NCBI GenBank assembly: GCA_030060845.1
Contig: CP094379.1
Coordinates: forward strand, 67,737 to 131,736
From: Candidatus Midichloria sp.
GTDB taxonomy: Bacteria; Pseudomonadota; Alphaproteobacteria; Rickettsiales; Midichloriaceae
Direction of reading: 5' to 3'
DNA length: 64,000 bases
The notes under the pieces were generated by a model. The model was not told the origin of the DNA and ran no database searches. It was given only the letters and a program-made list of their open reading frames with translations. Positions 45,151 to 56,667 of the stretch are shown piece by piece (within the stretch, counting starts at the first letter, position 1; the number at the start of each line of letters is the position of its first letter). The position numbers and the translations under genes are program-made.

Positions 45151-46011
45151 CTATTCATTAAAATACTTCATAAAATGGCTATCAGAAGATATTACAACCG
45201 ATGTATTAAGCTTAAAGGTATTTTTATATGCCTCTAGTGACCTATAGAAAGAGAAGAATTCTGGATCACTATTAACAGCACTTGAGAATATTTTGATTGA
45301 GGCCGCATCACCACTCCCTTTGAGAATTTCTGATTGTTTTTTAGCTTCTGCTAAGATGATAGTTTTTTCTTTATCAGCGTTAGCTTTAATAGCTAACGCT
45401 TCTTCTGCTCCTTGGGCTCTGATTTCCTTGGCTTCTTTTAATCTGTCAGTTCTCATTCTATTATAAACTGCATCTCTAGCTTTGTCTGGTAAATTTACTC
45501 TAACAATTCTTACATCAATTATATCTATACCAAAATTTTCAGCTTGTTTTTTAACTAATTCAGTTATATTATTGGTAATAATAGTTCGTTTACTACCAAG
45601 CACATCAATGAAAGGGAAAGTACCAACTACTTCTCTAACGCTTGATTCTATAACAGAACCAATTCTCATTTTAAGTTTTTGATCGTTTTGTACAGATTGG
45701 TAAAATTTTAGTGGATTAGTTATTCTATATTTAGCAAAAGCATCAAGTTTCATAGTCTTTTGATCCATTGCCATTAATTCACTTGCATCACCAGGGCTAA
45801 ATGTAAGATGTTGAATTCTTTTATCAAATTTTATTACATTTTGCAGTAGTGGAATCTTAAACTTAAGACCAGGAGTTAAGCGCTGCCTTATTGGTTCACC
45901 AAATTGTAAAACCAAAGCAGTTTGTCTTTGATCTAAAACATAAACAGAATTGACCATTACCACCAAAAATAATAATAATGCGCTGATAATTTGGTACATT
46001 TTATTTGTCAT
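45151..46011 (-). CDS. hflC: FtsH modulator HflC
   Basis: VLQFGEP, PGLKFKIP, DAFAKYRI, YNRMRTDR, EFFSFYRSLEAY. Confidence 0.96.
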   Translation of the reverse strand: MTNKMYQIISALLLFLVVMVNSVYVLDQRQTALVLQFGEPIRQRLTPGLKFKIPLLQNVIKFDKRIQHLTFSPGDASELMAMDQKTMKLDAFAKYRITNPLKFYQSVQNDQKLKMRIGSVIESSVREVVGTFPFIDVLGSKRTIITNNITELVKKQAENFGIDIIDVRIVRVNLPDKARDAVYNRMRTDRLKEAKEIRAQGAEEALAIKANADKEKTIILAEAKKQSEILKGSGDAASIKIFSSAVNSDPEFFSFYRSLEAYKNTFKLNTSVVISSDSHFMKYFNE

Positions 46012-46018
46012 ATCTTAA

Positions 46019-47164
46019 CTATTTTTTCATTAATTCATTTATTGAGAAGAAGGGAAATGATTTACCTGCAACCGATTTATCAACAATTACTTTATTTAAA
46101 TCTTTTAACACTTGCTCCATAGTTTCAATATACATGCGTTTTTTTGTGACCTCACGAGCATTTTGATATTGAGAAACTATATTCTTAAATCTTTCTGCTT
46201 CACCAGTTGCCCTTGCTACAGCACTCTCTTTATATGCTTTAGCTTCTTCTATTACAGCTTGAGCTTCACCTCTGGCGCGTGGTATAATATCATTCCTATA
46301 AGCAAATGCTTCATTGATTTCTCTTTCTTTATCAGCTTTTGCAGATTGAATATCACGATAAGCATCTCTCACTTCTGGTGCAACATAACTATAAAGTATA
46401 CCAACATTAACCACTTCTATACCTGAATTATAATTATCTAAAATTTCTTGTAGAATATTTTTAGCACGTTGCTCAATTTCTTGTCTTTGCTCTGATAAAG
46501 CCTCAGAAATTTTAACTCGTCCTACAACTTGCCGCATAGCGCTCTCTGCTGACACTTTTATGGTGCTTTCACCTATATCATCCTTAATATTAAATAAGTA
46601 ATCCTTGGCGCTTTTGATATACCACTGCACAAAGAAATGCATATCAATTATATTTTCATCACCGGTTAGCATCTGGCTTTCTTTTGGATTGCTTGAATCA
46701 GTTTCATCTAAATTGTTATTAATATTAACTTTACCAGAAAAAGCTTTTAGTCCTATCATTTCTTTATTGATCCTGGTCACACTGATTTTATCGACTGTTT
46801 CAATAGGTGAGGGGAGCTTATAATTAAGACCAGGTGTTGCTGTTCTATTATATTTGCCAAACCTCATTATTACACCCTCTTCATCAGTATCTATTGTATA
46901 AAATCCTGTTGCGAACCATATAAAAATTAATCCGATAAAAAATGCTATCACCACTGGAGAGGGGTTAATAGGAGTATTATCTTTTAAAGATTTATTACTG
47001 CCTTTAGTCAGAAAGTTGATGATTTTTTCTTGCCCTTTTTTAATTAATTCATCTATGTCATTACTAGCGTTTATTGGACGAGCCTTACCTTGATCTTTAT
47101 CCTTGTTGGGTGTATTATTTCCCCAAGGGTTTTCAAAGTTTAGTAAATTATTAATAAAGAGCAT
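46019..47164 (-). CDS. hflK: FtsH modulator HflK
   Basis: NPWG, GFYTI, RFGKY, MLTGDENI, PRARGEA, RMYIETME. Confidence 0.96.
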   Translation of the reverse strand: MLFINNLLNFENPWGNNTPNKDKDQGKARPINASNDIDELIKKGQEKIINFLTKGSNKSLKDNTPINPSPVVIAFFIGLIFIWFATGFYTIDTDEEGVIMRFGKYNRTATPGLNYKLPSPIETVDKISVTRINKEMIGLKAFSGKVNINNNLDETDSSNPKESQMLTGDENIIDMHFFVQWYIKSAKDYLFNIKDDIGESTIKVSAESAMRQVVGRVKISEALSEQRQEIEQRAKNILQEILDNYNSGIEVVNVGILYSYVAPEVRDAYRDIQSAKADKEREINEAFAYRNDIIPRARGEAQAVIEEAKAYKESAVARATGEAERFKNIVSQYQNAREVTKKRMYIETMEQVLKDLNKVIVDKSVAGKSFPFFSINELMKK

Positions 47165-47221
47165 AATGAAAATCTTAAAATTGTCCTGTACATAAGTTTA
47201 TATAAAGAAATCTTTTTTATC

Positions 47222-48232
47222 TTGCAAGTCATGTATTCAAATGAATTAGTTTTAAATTTACTAAAAGAGATTAAATACCAAGGAAAAAATCTTATAGAGG
47301 ATGATACTGTTCAAGATCTTTTGGTACATCAAGAAAAAATAATTATTGTGCTAAATGCTAATAAATTTGATATTGCAGTACATAAAGGTATTAAATCTTT
47401 AATAGTAGATTATTTACTAAAATCTTTGAAAATCAATGAGAATTCCTTAAAAATTATTTTCAGTAAAGAAAAAAAAATTAAAAACCAAAAGGAAAAAATA
47501 CCCAACGTAAAAAAAGTTATTTTAGTTGCTTCAGGTAAGGGAGGGGTAGGAAAATCCACTGTTGCGGCTAGCCTTGCTGTTGCATTAGCAGAAATAATGA
47601 AAGTAGGTTTGCTAGATGCTGATATATATGGCCCTTCAATACCTCATCTTTTTGGAATTAAACAAAAACCAAGTATAACTGATGATAATAAAGTCAATCC
47701 TATTTTAAGAGTGGGAGTTAACTTGATGTCTATGGGTTTCCTAATTAATGATGAGCAGCCAACTATTTGGAGGGGGCTAATGCTTAGCAAAGCGTTATTT
47801 CAAATGACTCATGGTGTTGATTGGCGCTTAAGCAGTACAGAGTTGGATATATTGATTATTGATACTCCTCCAGGAACAGGGGATATTCATTTAACATTAG
47901 CAACAAAATATTTTATAGATGGAGTAATTTTTGTTACAACACCTCAACTATTAGCAGTAAAAGATACTATTAAATCAATTAAAATGTTTATTGAGTTAGG
48001 GATACCTATTATAGGAATTGTAGAAAATATGAGTTATTTTTTAGAATCTACTGGCATCAAGAAAGATGTTTTGGGAAATAATAAGATAAGGCTTGATGAA
48101 TTGAAATATCTTGCTAGAATTCCATTAGTGGAATCAATTGCTCAAGCCGAGTATATAGATAACAATATCTTTTCTTTAAAAGATTATTTTAGTACGTTGG
48201 CTTTTGCAGTAAAAACGTTTATAGAGAATTAG
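47222..48232 (+). CDS. mrp: Mrp/NBP35 Fe-S carrier ATPase
   Basis: VASGKGGVGKST, LDADIYGPSIP, IWRG, DTPPGTGD, GIVENMS. Confidence 0.93.
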   Translation: MQVMYSNELVLNLLKEIKYQGKNLIEDDTVQDLLVHQEKIIIVLNANKFDIAVHKGIKSLIVDYLLKSLKINENSLKIIFSKEKKIKNQKEKIPNVKKVILVASGKGGVGKSTVAASLAVALAEIMKVGLLDADIYGPSIPHLFGIKQKPSITDDNKVNPILRVGVNLMSMGFLINDEQPTIWRGLMLSKALFQMTHGVDWRLSSTELDILIIDTPPGTGDIHLTLATKYFIDGVIFVTTPQLLAVKDTIKSIKMFIELGIPIIGIVENMSYFLESTGIKKDVLGNNKIRLDELKYLARIPLVESIAQAEYIDNNIFSLKDYFSTLAFAVKTFIEN

Positions 48233-48317
48233 CTATGAAGTGTATTAAATTTTTTTGCTAATCTTTTTTGCTAATCAAATATAACTAGCTATTAACAGTA
48301 ATAAATTTTTAAGCTAT

Positions 48318-49625
48318 ATGGAAATAAAACCTATAAAAAAAGAAGGACTACTTAGAGAATATACTGTTATTATTCCTTCCGAAAACATCAAGAAAAAAGT
48401 TGATAAAATCATAGCTAAAGAGGCAGAAATATTTAAAATGCCTGGATTTAGGGAAGGTAAAGTTCCTATTAGTTTAGTCAAAAGGCAGATTGGCGGAGAA
48501 GTACTACAAAAGCAATTGAGGCAGGTTATAGATGATGCCATTAAGGCGATCCTAAAAGATTCAGAAGAGAGGCCAGCTATGTCTCCAGAAGTTCAAATGA
48601 ATAATTTTGATGAAGATACTGATTTTAAAATCACTATTAGTTTTGATGCGTTACCTAAAATTCCAGAAATTGACCTAACTAAAGTTGCGGTTGACTGGTA
48701 TGAGATAGAAGTCCTTGATAGCGACATGGAAAAAGCTAAAAGTGAGATTTTAAAACGGTCTAAGAATTTCCAACCTGCAGAAGCAGGCCATAAAGCACAA
48801 GTAGGCGATATGTTAAAAATAGACTTTGTTAGTAAAATTGATGGAGTTGAATTTGAAGGAGAAAAGGGCACTGGAATTAAATTAGAGATTGGTTCTAAAC
48901 AATTTGTACTTGGTTTTGAGGAGCAATTGGTTGGAGTAGCAGTTGGAGAGGAAAGAACTATTAACGTTGTATTTCCACAAAATTACCCCAAATACCCCAG
49001 TAGGGAAGTTACCTTTGATATAAAGATTCACGAGATATTTAAAACTCAAGATAATTTAGAATGGAACGATGAGCTAGCTAAAAAGCTTGGTTTTGAAAAA
49101 ATTGAGAATATTGAGAAAATGATAAAAGATAGGATGTTTACTGATTTTGCTGTTATGGCGCGTTTTCACACTAAGAAAGAGCTCTTTGATATTCTTGATA
49201 AGGAATATGAATTTGAAATACCTCAAAAGATGCTACAGGCTGATTTAGAGCAATTAATAAGAGAAGCTGAATCCAAGGTTTTAACAAATAATCGAGGTAA
49301 GTCAGAAGAAGAATTGAAGGAAGAATTTAAAAAAATCTCTTCTAGAAGGGTAAAATTAGGGCTTTTGTTGGCTGAGCTTGCTAGGATTAACAAGATTGAA
49401 GTTAGTGAAAATGACTTGAGAGAAACAATAGCAGCTCAAGTCATGCAGATGCCAGATAAACAAAAAGAAATCATTGAGTATTTTAGCAAACCTGAAAATT
49501 TAAGAATGCTGGAAGGTCCTATTCTTGAAGAAAAAGCAGTTGATTTTATTTTAAGTAAAGTGAATTTAAATAAAATAAAAATTACTGCTGAAGAATTTAG
49601 CAAAAAAATCTCATTATGTAACTGA
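48318..49625 (+). CDS. tig: Trigger factor
   Basis: MPGFREGKVP signature, FKBP domain (DF..KIDGVEFEG, FVLGFEEQL). Confidence 0.96.
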   Translation: MEIKPIKKEGLLREYTVIIPSENIKKKVDKIIAKEAEIFKMPGFREGKVPISLVKRQIGGEVLQKQLRQVIDDAIKAILKDSEERPAMSPEVQMNNFDEDTDFKITISFDALPKIPEIDLTKVAVDWYEIEVLDSDMEKAKSEILKRSKNFQPAEAGHKAQVGDMLKIDFVSKIDGVEFEGEKGTGIKLEIGSKQFVLGFEEQLVGVAVGEERTINVVFPQNYPKYPSREVTFDIKIHEIFKTQDNLEWNDELAKKLGFEKIENIEKMIKDRMFTDFAVMARFHTKKELFDILDKEYEFEIPQKMLQADLEQLIREAESKVLTNNRGKSEEELKEEFKKISSRRVKLGLLLAELARINKIEVSENDLRETIAAQVMQMPDKQKEIIEYFSKPENLRMLEGPILEEKAVDFILSKVNLNKIKITAEEFSKKISLCN

Positions 49626-49640
49626 AAAGTGGCCTGTAAG

Positions 49641-50291
49641 ATGTCTGTTATACCTATTGTCATAGAACAAAGTTCTAAAGCTGAAAGAGCTTTTGATATA
49701 TATTCTCGTTTATTGAGAGATAGGATAGTATTTGTTAATGGTCCAATAGAAGATAGTATGGCTGCAATTATTGTTGCACAATTGCTTTTTTTAGAATCAG
49801 AAAACCCTGACAAAGACATTTATATATATATAAACTCTCCCGGAGGAGTTACAACTTCTGGTATGTCTATATATGATACTATGCAATATATAAAACCCCG
49901 GGTTGCAACAGTATGTATGGGGCAGGCATGTTCAATGGGCTCAATGCTTCTAACAGGTGGAGAACCTGGGATGCGCTATTCATTGCCCAACTCTAGAATT
50001 ATGATCCACCAGCCACATGGGGGATATAAGGGGCAAGCAACTGATATAGAAATACATGCCAATGAAATACTGCGCATTAAGCATAATATGAATTTGCTTT
50101 ATGTTAAGCATACGGGCCAACCTTTAAAAGAAATAGAAAAAAGAATCGAGCGTGATAGCTTTATGTCTGCTTCTGAAGCTAAGAAATTTGGTTTGATAGA
50201 CGATATTATTGAAAAAAGGCATTTTATTGATAAAGAAAAACTTGTTAAAGTTGATAGTAAAATGAAAGGTATTTATGCTAAAATAAAATAA
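49641..50291 (+). CDS. clpP: ClpP protease subunit
   Basis: DIYSRLL, YINSPGG, GQACSMG, MIHQP. Confidence 0.98.
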   Translation: MSVIPIVIEQSSKAERAFDIYSRLLRDRIVFVNGPIEDSMAAIIVAQLLFLESENPDKDIYIYINSPGGVTTSGMSIYDTMQYIKPRVATVCMGQACSMGSMLLTGGEPGMRYSLPNSRIMIHQPHGGYKGQATDIEIHANEILRIKHNMNLLYVKHTGQPLKEIEKRIERDSFMSASEAKKFGLIDDIIEKRHFIDKEKLVKVDSKMKGIYAKIK

Positions 50292-50314
50292 GTAATATAG
50301 GACTTTTTGTTAAT

Positions 50315-51565
50315 ATGGTAAATTCGCATCCCTCTTCACATTCTCTTCATTGCTCTTTTTGTAGTAAAAGTCAGGAAGAAGTAAAAAAACTTATAGAAGG
50401 TCCTACTGTTTATATATGCAATGAGTGTGTCGAGCTTTGCAGTGAAGTCATAAAAGACAGTACCATTACAGATACTGAGGGGTTTTTATTACCAAAGCCT
50501 GCCCAGATATATAATTATCTTTCTCAGTATGTTATCAGACAGGAGCATGCGAAGAGAATTTTATCTGTTTCGGTTTATAACCACTATAAGAGGCTGTTTC
50601 ATAAAGATTCAAGTAATGATATTGAAATTGCTAAGTCAAACGTGTTACTTATTGGCCCAACTGGCTGTGGTAAGACTCTTCTAATTCAAACATTGGCAAA
50701 AATTTTAGATGTTCCATGTGCAGTTGCAGATGCAACCACTTTAACAGAAGCTGGCTATGTTGGAGAAGATGTTGAGAATATAATAGTGCGCTTGTTACAA
50801 ACTTCTGATTATAATATTGAAAGAGCCCAGAGAGGGATAGTATATATAGATGAAATTGACAAGATATCTCGTAAGTCAGATAGCCCCTCAATAACAAGAG
50901 ACGTATCTGGGGAAGGAGTGCAGCAAGCGTTACTAAAGCTAATGGAGGGATCTATTGCATCTGTGCCACCGCAAGGAGGGAGAAAACATCCACAGCAAGA
51001 GTTTTTACAGGTGGACACAACCAATATTTTGTTTGTTTGTAGTGGTGCTTTTGAAGGATTGGATAAGGTTATTGCTAGAAAAAACAAAAAAACTCATATT
51101 GGTTTTAGTGGTAATGTTAAGAACTTAACTGAGGAGCAGGTTGGAGAATTATTGACTCAAGCTGAGCCAGAAGATTTATTAAAATATGGTTTAATACCAG
51201 AATTTATTGGCCGCTTACCAATTATTGCAGCTATGGAAGAGCTGGATAAAGAGGCCTTAGTTGCTATTCTTAGTAAACCTAAAAATGCTTTAGTAAAACA
51301 ATATGCAAAATTGTTTGAGATGGATAATATAGATTTACAAATAACAAAAGAAGCGCTGGAGGTGATTGCTGAAAAAGCAATGAACCGCAAAACTGGGGCA
51401 AGGGGCTTACGTGCTATTTTGGAGGAGACATTGCTTGATATAATGTTTGAAACTCCTAGCCAGAATAATATAGCTAAAGTTATTATTGACGAAGAAGTTA
51501 TAAAAAAGTGGAAAAAGCCTAAGGTAGTTACCAAAACCAAGGAAAAGAAGTTAGCAAATCGTTAA
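50315..51565 (+). CDS. clpX: ClpX ATPase
   Basis: CSFC/CNEC zinc finger, [28 protein letters not shown]. Confidence 0.98.
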   Translation: MVNSHPSSHSLHCSFCSKSQEEVKKLIEGPTVYICNECVELCSEVIKDSTITDTEGFLLPKPAQIYNYLSQYVIRQEHAKRILSVSVYNHYKRLFHKDSSNDIEIAKSNVLLIGPTGCGKTLLIQTLAKILDVPCAVADATTLTEAGYVGEDVENIIVRLLQTSDYNIERAQRGIVYIDEIDKISRKSDSPSITRDVSGEGVQQALLKLMEGSIASVPPQGGRKHPQQEFLQVDTTNILFVCSGAFEGLDKVIARKNKKTHIGFSGNVKNLTEEQVGELLTQAEPEDLLKYGLIPEFIGRLPIIAAMEELDKEALVAILSKPKNALVKQYAKLFEMDNIDLQITKEALEVIAEKAMNRKTGARGLRAILEETLLDIMFETPSQNNIAKVIIDEEVIKKWKKPKVVTKTKEKKLANR

Positions 51566-51599
51566 TGATTTACCTAATATGTAATAGTGCTGGATATCG

Positions 51600-52007
51600 T
51601 AAATCAAAAAAATAAAAGAATATCTACAAAATAGCAGGATAGAACTATTATCTTTGCCTCCATATAACCATAATTTAGATCCAACTGAGTAATTATGGAA
51701 ATTTATGCATTGGTATAGTTACAAATAATAAATTTTATGCCAATTTTGAATTATTTGCTAATCCTTTCAGCAATTCTTTGAGAATATTCCTAAGGACAGA
51801 TCTGCTTCTTTAATAAACGATAATTTTCAGTCTATTAGAGAAATGGGTACCAAAAAAATAGAAAATGCGCAAAGTCATACAAGAGGAGATCAAATTGACT
51901 CAAGAACCAAGTTCTATTGATGTTAATGAACAGAGCCATGCTGATAATAAAAAACATGTTAATGCTTTAGAAGAAAGAAGATCGAAAAGTGGTCCAAGTA
52001 TTGGATA
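51600..52007 (+). pseudogene. Remnant of an effector-like gene
   Basis: Broken reading frame ending HVNALEERRSKSGPSIG*, a basic C-terminal tail of the kind common in Rickettsiales secreted proteins. Confidence 0.3.
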
Positions 52008-52016
52008 AGAAAATTC

Positions 52017-54734
52017 TTATTTTGCAACTGGGAGAGTAATGAGGAATTCCGTATATTTCCCATGTTCAGAGTTACATTCTATGATGCCACCCATGTTATG
52101 AATTAGTATACCACAAAACGCTAACCCAATACCTGTGCCTTTAGTGCCCTTTTCATGAAAAGGCTTAAACAAGTTTTTCATGTACTCTGGTTCAATCCCA
52201 ATACCGTTATCTTTTACACGCAAAGAGTTTCCTTCAACTAATATAGTGATTTTTGCATCCTCTCCGGCATACTTAAAAGAGTTGTTAATAAGGTTCTTTA
52301 AGACCTGCTTCATATATTGCTTAGTTCCAAAAAACTTGAAATCATTTACCTGTTTCAAAATAATTCTGTTCTTTTTCTCAGCTTCAAGCATGTAATCCTC
52401 TAAAACTTCTTGGATAACTTCAACCATTGAATAAATTGAGCCATATTCAATGCCACGATGCTTTAAGAGCATTAATAATACATCAACAACTTTTTTAGCC
52501 TCTTTTGAAGTTTTCACTAAATCATATGGTAAACTTTCAAATATCATCTTATATTCTGCTTCTGGTATGGTAAGTACATAGTTAATGGATCTGTCTTCTT
52601 GCTCCTTTTTTACTACTTCTTTACTTGAAATTGCAGCTAAATCAGATAAGGTCATTGCAATCATTTGAATTGTGGCGATAGGAGTGTTAACTTCATGTGC
52701 TATAGCGCCGCCAAATAGCTCCATATGCTCTAATCTTTTTTCCTGGACCCTTTCCTTATCTCTAATAAAGAGGAACATTATTATTAATAAAAATCCATAA
52801 AGGTAAAATAAAAGTAAAATATCTCCTGAATGAGTATAGTATGGGTAGACTTGATAAGATAGGGAAGTATATAGCAGGTAACCCACAAAGGATCCAGAAA
52901 GCATCAATACACCAAAGCTAATCCAATCAGTTATGATAAATAATAAGATAATAGATAAAATTGCATTTAATAGCCAAAACTCACTAGTATAAGTAACGAA
53001 AATGGTGTAACTTGCAGTAAATGGTATACAGAAGAATAAGCAAAAATACCAATAGAGTGCGTAATATCTGTTTTTAGATTTTTTCGTCCAATATTCGGCA
53101 AATAGTAATATAAGACACAATAAAATAGATAAAACACGCAAATAAATAATAGAATCGTGCAAAACATTTCCTGTTACATTCACTACAATCAAAGGCATGA
53201 AATAATTTACAGCTATGAATAAGCAAAAAGAATGGCTTGTGGTACCACTTTTTTCAATTTGACTCTTCATGAAGGCGGCAGTTACGCTATAAATTTTTTC
53301 TATTTTTTTCTTGGATACTATATTAAGTCTCTCTAACTGCTCATAACCGTATCGTTTTTCTCCATATTTTTGTAAATAGTGAATAGCAAATAAACTAAAC
53401 CCACTCCCTAGAATTCCTAAAATTAAACTAATTATTGAAAATTCACCGGCTATCAAATACCATACTGAAATAAAAAATATAGCTAAAATTGTTGAAATAA
53501 CAAAAGATAAGGTGCTTGCTTGAAAACCTAAGAAGCCAGCAGCTAAAGGAACCAAAATAACTGGTTGCCAAAAATTATCTACCATCCATAGCAGTGAGAA
53601 GATATTGCCTTTTGATAACGCTAAAAGTGTAGCTAAAATAGTAATTATAAATATTGAGGTATATATTATAGATAATTCTTGCTTTATAGTAACATCTGGG
53701 GATATTTTTTTTATAATATTCTCTGTACATATTAAACTCGCATAATTAAGCCATGAATTAGCTGAGGACACTATAACTGTAATTAGGCCTGCAATCATTA
53801 AGCCCTTAATTCCAGTACTGATATAACTTGAAATAAAGTGCATGAAGGCAAACTTTGAATCTAGTTCTGGAAACTTTACTTTTATTAGAAAGGAGATACT
53901 GCAAGTCATTATAGTAAATGGAACTGCTAGAGCCATTACTACTTTCAAAGATCTTATAAGTTGGGCCTTGTTATAAGTCATTAAGAACCGTTGTACATGC
54001 ATGCTTTCTGCAGCAGGAAGCATGCTATAAAGTACTAGACTTAAAAACACCCATATATTCGATAAATTGAGATTTAATTTGAATAAGTTTGGCTGAGTGC
54101 TTTTAGTTATAGCTTTATATCCTCCGATATCATGATAAGCTGTATAGCAAGCCAGTGATAGCGCGATTAGAAAAATACATAAGTAAAATACCTTTATGAA
54201 ATCAACCTGCTTTATTCTACTTATAATTGAGTAAATGGTCATTATCAAAAAGCTTATAGCAATGCTTACGCTATAGGAAAAATCAAAAAAATAACTAAAA
54301 ATATATCCAAGAGCTGCTATTTGGCAGGCCACTATTCCTTTTCCAAAAAGTACTGTCGCAATATCTGTAACCCATTTACCAGGAAGCCCATAAAGCTTCT
54401 GCATTACATCACTTATTGATAGGCAGCCCTTAAATTCTCTGATACGCTCTCCGTATACTTTAAGTACAAATAACCAAGACAAGGGAGCTATGATTCTAGG
54501 AATTGCGAAAAATAAACCGTATAGATAAATATTTTCTATCGCACCAATTGTAATAGTGCTTATTAAGACAGCAAGTATTGCTGAGATAACAACAATATTA
54601 TGCCATCTACCATGGTCACTAATTGAATATTCGTTAATATTATTGATGCTTCTTGCTTTATAAAAAGCTATTGCTAAATAGCCAATCATATAAACAAAGA
54701 TAATAATTCCATCAATAAGTTCTAGAGATCCCAC
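52017..54734 (-). CDS. Sodium:solute symporter (SLC5)-histidine kinase hybrid sensor
   Basis: N-terminal ~13-TM SSS-like region (VQRFLM, GLMIAGL..VSSANS), H-box AIAHEVNTP, N-box NLINNSFKY, DNGIGI, GTGIGL. Confidence 0.9.
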   Translation of the reverse strand: MGSLELIDGIIIFVYMIGYLAIAFYKARSINNINEYSISDHGRWHNIVVISAILAVLISTITIGAIENIYLYGLFFAIPRIIAPLSWLFVLKVYGERIREFKGCLSISDVMQKLYGLPGKWVTDIATVLFGKGIVACQIAALGYIFSYFFDFSYSVSIAISFLIMTIYSIISRIKQVDFIKVFYLCIFLIALSLACYTAYHDIGGYKAITKSTQPNLFKLNLNLSNIWVFLSLVLYSMLPAAESMHVQRFLMTYNKAQLIRSLKVVMALAVPFTIMTCSISFLIKVKFPELDSKFAFMHFISSYISTGIKGLMIAGLITVIVSSANSWLNYASLICTENIIKKISPDVTIKQELSIIYTSIFIITILATLLALSKGNIFSLLWMVDNFWQPVILVPLAAGFLGFQASTLSFVISTILAIFFISVWYLIAGEFSIISLILGILGSGFSLFAIHYLQKYGEKRYGYEQLERLNIVSKKKIEKIYSVTAAFMKSQIEKSGTTSHSFCLFIAVNYFMPLIVVNVTGNVLHDSIIYLRVLSILLCLILLFAEYWTKKSKNRYYALYWYFCLFFCIPFTASYTIFVTYTSEFWLLNAILSIILLFIITDWISFGVLMLSGSFVGYLLYTSLSYQVYPYYTHSGDILLLFYLYGFLLIIMFLFIRDKERVQEKRLEHMELFGGAIAHEVNTPIATIQMIAMTLSDLAAISSKEVVKKEQEDRSINYVLTIPEAEYKMIFESLPYDLVKTSKEAKKVVDVLLMLLKHRGIEYGSIYSMVEVIQEVLEDYMLEAEKKNRIILKQVNDFKFFGTKQYMKQVLKNLINNSFKYAGEDAKITILVEGNSLRVKDNGIGIEPEYMKNLFKPFHEKGTKGTGIGLAFCGILIHNMGGIIECNSEHGKYTEFLITLPVAK

Positions 54735-54794
54735 AAATCCCCCTATTATATAGTATAGCAGCCTGTTTTAAAAAGCCAATGTTGTAAATCGTAC

Positions 54795-56174
54795 TCAAGA
54801 TTTATTTTGTATAACTTGTAGAAGAGTTTTGTCTATTAAGCCAGGAGATTCTGATATAGTTATTCCTGCACTTTTCATAACTTCAATTTTACTTTCTGTA
54901 GTATCGCTTCCTCCAGAAATAATGGCACCAGCGTGCCCCATTCTTTTACCGAGCGGAGCAGTACGTCCAGCAATAAAAGTAACTACAGGTTTTTTTATTT
55001 TGCTTTTTTTTATAAAATGGGCTACATCAGCTTCAGCATTTCCACCGATTTCTCCAATCATAATAACTACTCCCGTATTAAAGACTGGCAAATTCAAGTG
55101 GGCAGTATCTACTTTTCCAGGAGTTACTCCCACAACCATTTTTATTCCATATTCTGCTTGTTCAGAGTGAAATGTACCTTGTTGTCCGGTAAAACCCTGG
55201 CATATTACTTTGGTTGTAGCATTAACTCCGATTGCCTTAACTATTTTTTCAGCGGCATCATTTAAGTTATTAGCAGATTCAACAGCTAACCTAGAATTGT
55301 TGATGATCTCTTTACTTTTTTCTGCATTTGTGTCTTCTAAACGCACTGCAACTAGTACTTTAATCCCGACTTCTTTTGCAGCAGTTACAACACCGTTAGC
55401 AATTACGTCACAGTGCATTATACCACCAAAGACGTTAATTAAAATACCTTTAACTTCCGGATCAGCAGTAATAATTTTAAATGCTTCTGTAACTTTTTCA
55501 GTAGTTGCACCTCCTCCAACACCAAGGAAATTTGCTGGCTTGCCCCCATGCAGTTGTATTATATCCATAATTGCCATTGCAAGACCAGCACCATTGACTA
55601 TGCACCCTATATTACCGTCCATTTTTACATAGTTTAGATCAAAATTTGCGGCTTGAACTTCTAAAGCCTCTCTTCCATCTGGATCGCCCAGAAAGGTAAT
55701 ATCTGGATGCCTATAAAGGGCATTAGAATCGAAGTTAAATTTTGCATCTAACGCTACAAAATCTCTTTTGTTAATTTCAATTAACGGATTTATTTCAATC
55801 TGGCTTGCATCATTGTATAACGATTTAACAAAAAAAGTAAATTTCTTGCCTTGGGCAGAAGTAAATTGGAGTGCTGAAATAATATATACTCTTTTAACTA
55901 TTTTACCTTTTGGTTCAGTTTGATGCGTAACCAGCTTCATACTTAACATAGATTTTGCAGTTGGTTTTACTAAAGTGATATCATTAAGTACTTTTACTCT
56001 ACCAGCCTTACCACCTCCGCCAGCATGTATCTGTGCTTTAACTACCCAAACTTTTGTATTTAATTTTTTAGCAACAGACTCTGTTTCAGAAGATGAGAAA
56101 ACTACATATCCTTCAGGAACTTTAACTCCATATTTTGAGAGAAGATCTTTAGTTTGATATTCATGTATGTTCAT
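54795..56174 (-). CDS. In-frame SucC-SucD fusion with internal deletions (succinyl-CoA synthetase relic)
   Basis: SucC motifs [29 protein letters not shown] joined at ~55229 to SucD motifs [22 protein letters not shown]. Confidence 0.9.
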   Translation of the reverse strand: MNIHEYQTKDLLSKYGVKVPEGYVVFSSSETESVAKKLNTKVWVVKAQIHAGGGGKAGRVKVLNDITLVKPTAKSMLSMKLVTHQTEPKGKIVKRVYIISALQFTSAQGKKFTFFVKSLYNDASQIEINPLIEINKRDFVALDAKFNFDSNALYRHPDITFLGDPDGREALEVQAANFDLNYVKMDGNIGCIVNGAGLAMAIMDIIQLHGGKPANFLGVGGGATTEKVTEAFKIITADPEVKGILINVFGGIMHCDVIANGVVTAAKEVGIKVLVAVRLEDTNAEKSKEIINNSRLAVESANNLNDAAEKIVKAIGVNATTKVICQGFTGQQGTFHSEQAEYGIKMVVGVTPGKVDTAHLNLPVFNTGVVIMIGEIGGNAEADVAHFIKKSKIKKPVVTFIAGRTAPLGKRMGHAGAIISGGSDTTESKIEVMKSAGITISESPGLIDKTLLQVIQNKS

Positions 56175-56354
56175 CAAAATATCCCTAAGCTTCACATTTC
56201 ATCAACTATGATTAATACATTATTTTTATATTAATGACAACTAATTTTAACTTGATAAGAATATATTTTTGTATGAATTTTTTTATATTTAGTACCATTT
56301 TATATTTAGTACTATTTTTTGTATTTGCATTGATTTTTTGTAAAATTTCTGTAA

Positions 56355-56648
56355 AATAAGGTGTGCCTGAATAGGCTATGGTGATAAACATAACTTATAA
56401 TAAATATTTTGGACTCGGGGGCAGTACCCGGCACCTCCACCTGTGAAATTTATGGGGGTGAACTAGCTTCGACAGATATTAAAAAAAGTTACTTTTACTC
56501 GGCAAGATACCGCCGTAATGGATCAAAAAAAGTAAATGCAAACAACAAGTTTGTACCTGCTAACAGCAACTTTATGCCAGCTCTTCAAGCAGCATAATAT
56601 ACGCTAATTAGCGCGGTTTGGGCTTACCGGGCAACAGAAAAGCCCGCA
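56355..56648 (+). ncRNA. ssrA: Permuted two-piece tmRNA
   Basis: T-arm CGGG-GGCAGTA-CCCG and acceptor 3' strand CACCTCCACC precede the 5' strand GGGGGTG at 56454; tag ORF 56538-56597 ANNKFVPANSNFMPALQAA; 5' boundary approximate. Confidence 0.93.
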
Positions 56649-56667
56649 ATTTTTATGTAAGTAGAAC

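Noticed and set aside
48314-55632. Many 60-140 aa antisense ORFs overlapping tig, clpX, sucCD, kdsA and hflK
   Set aside because: Shadow frames opposite well-conserved genes, with no recognisable motifs
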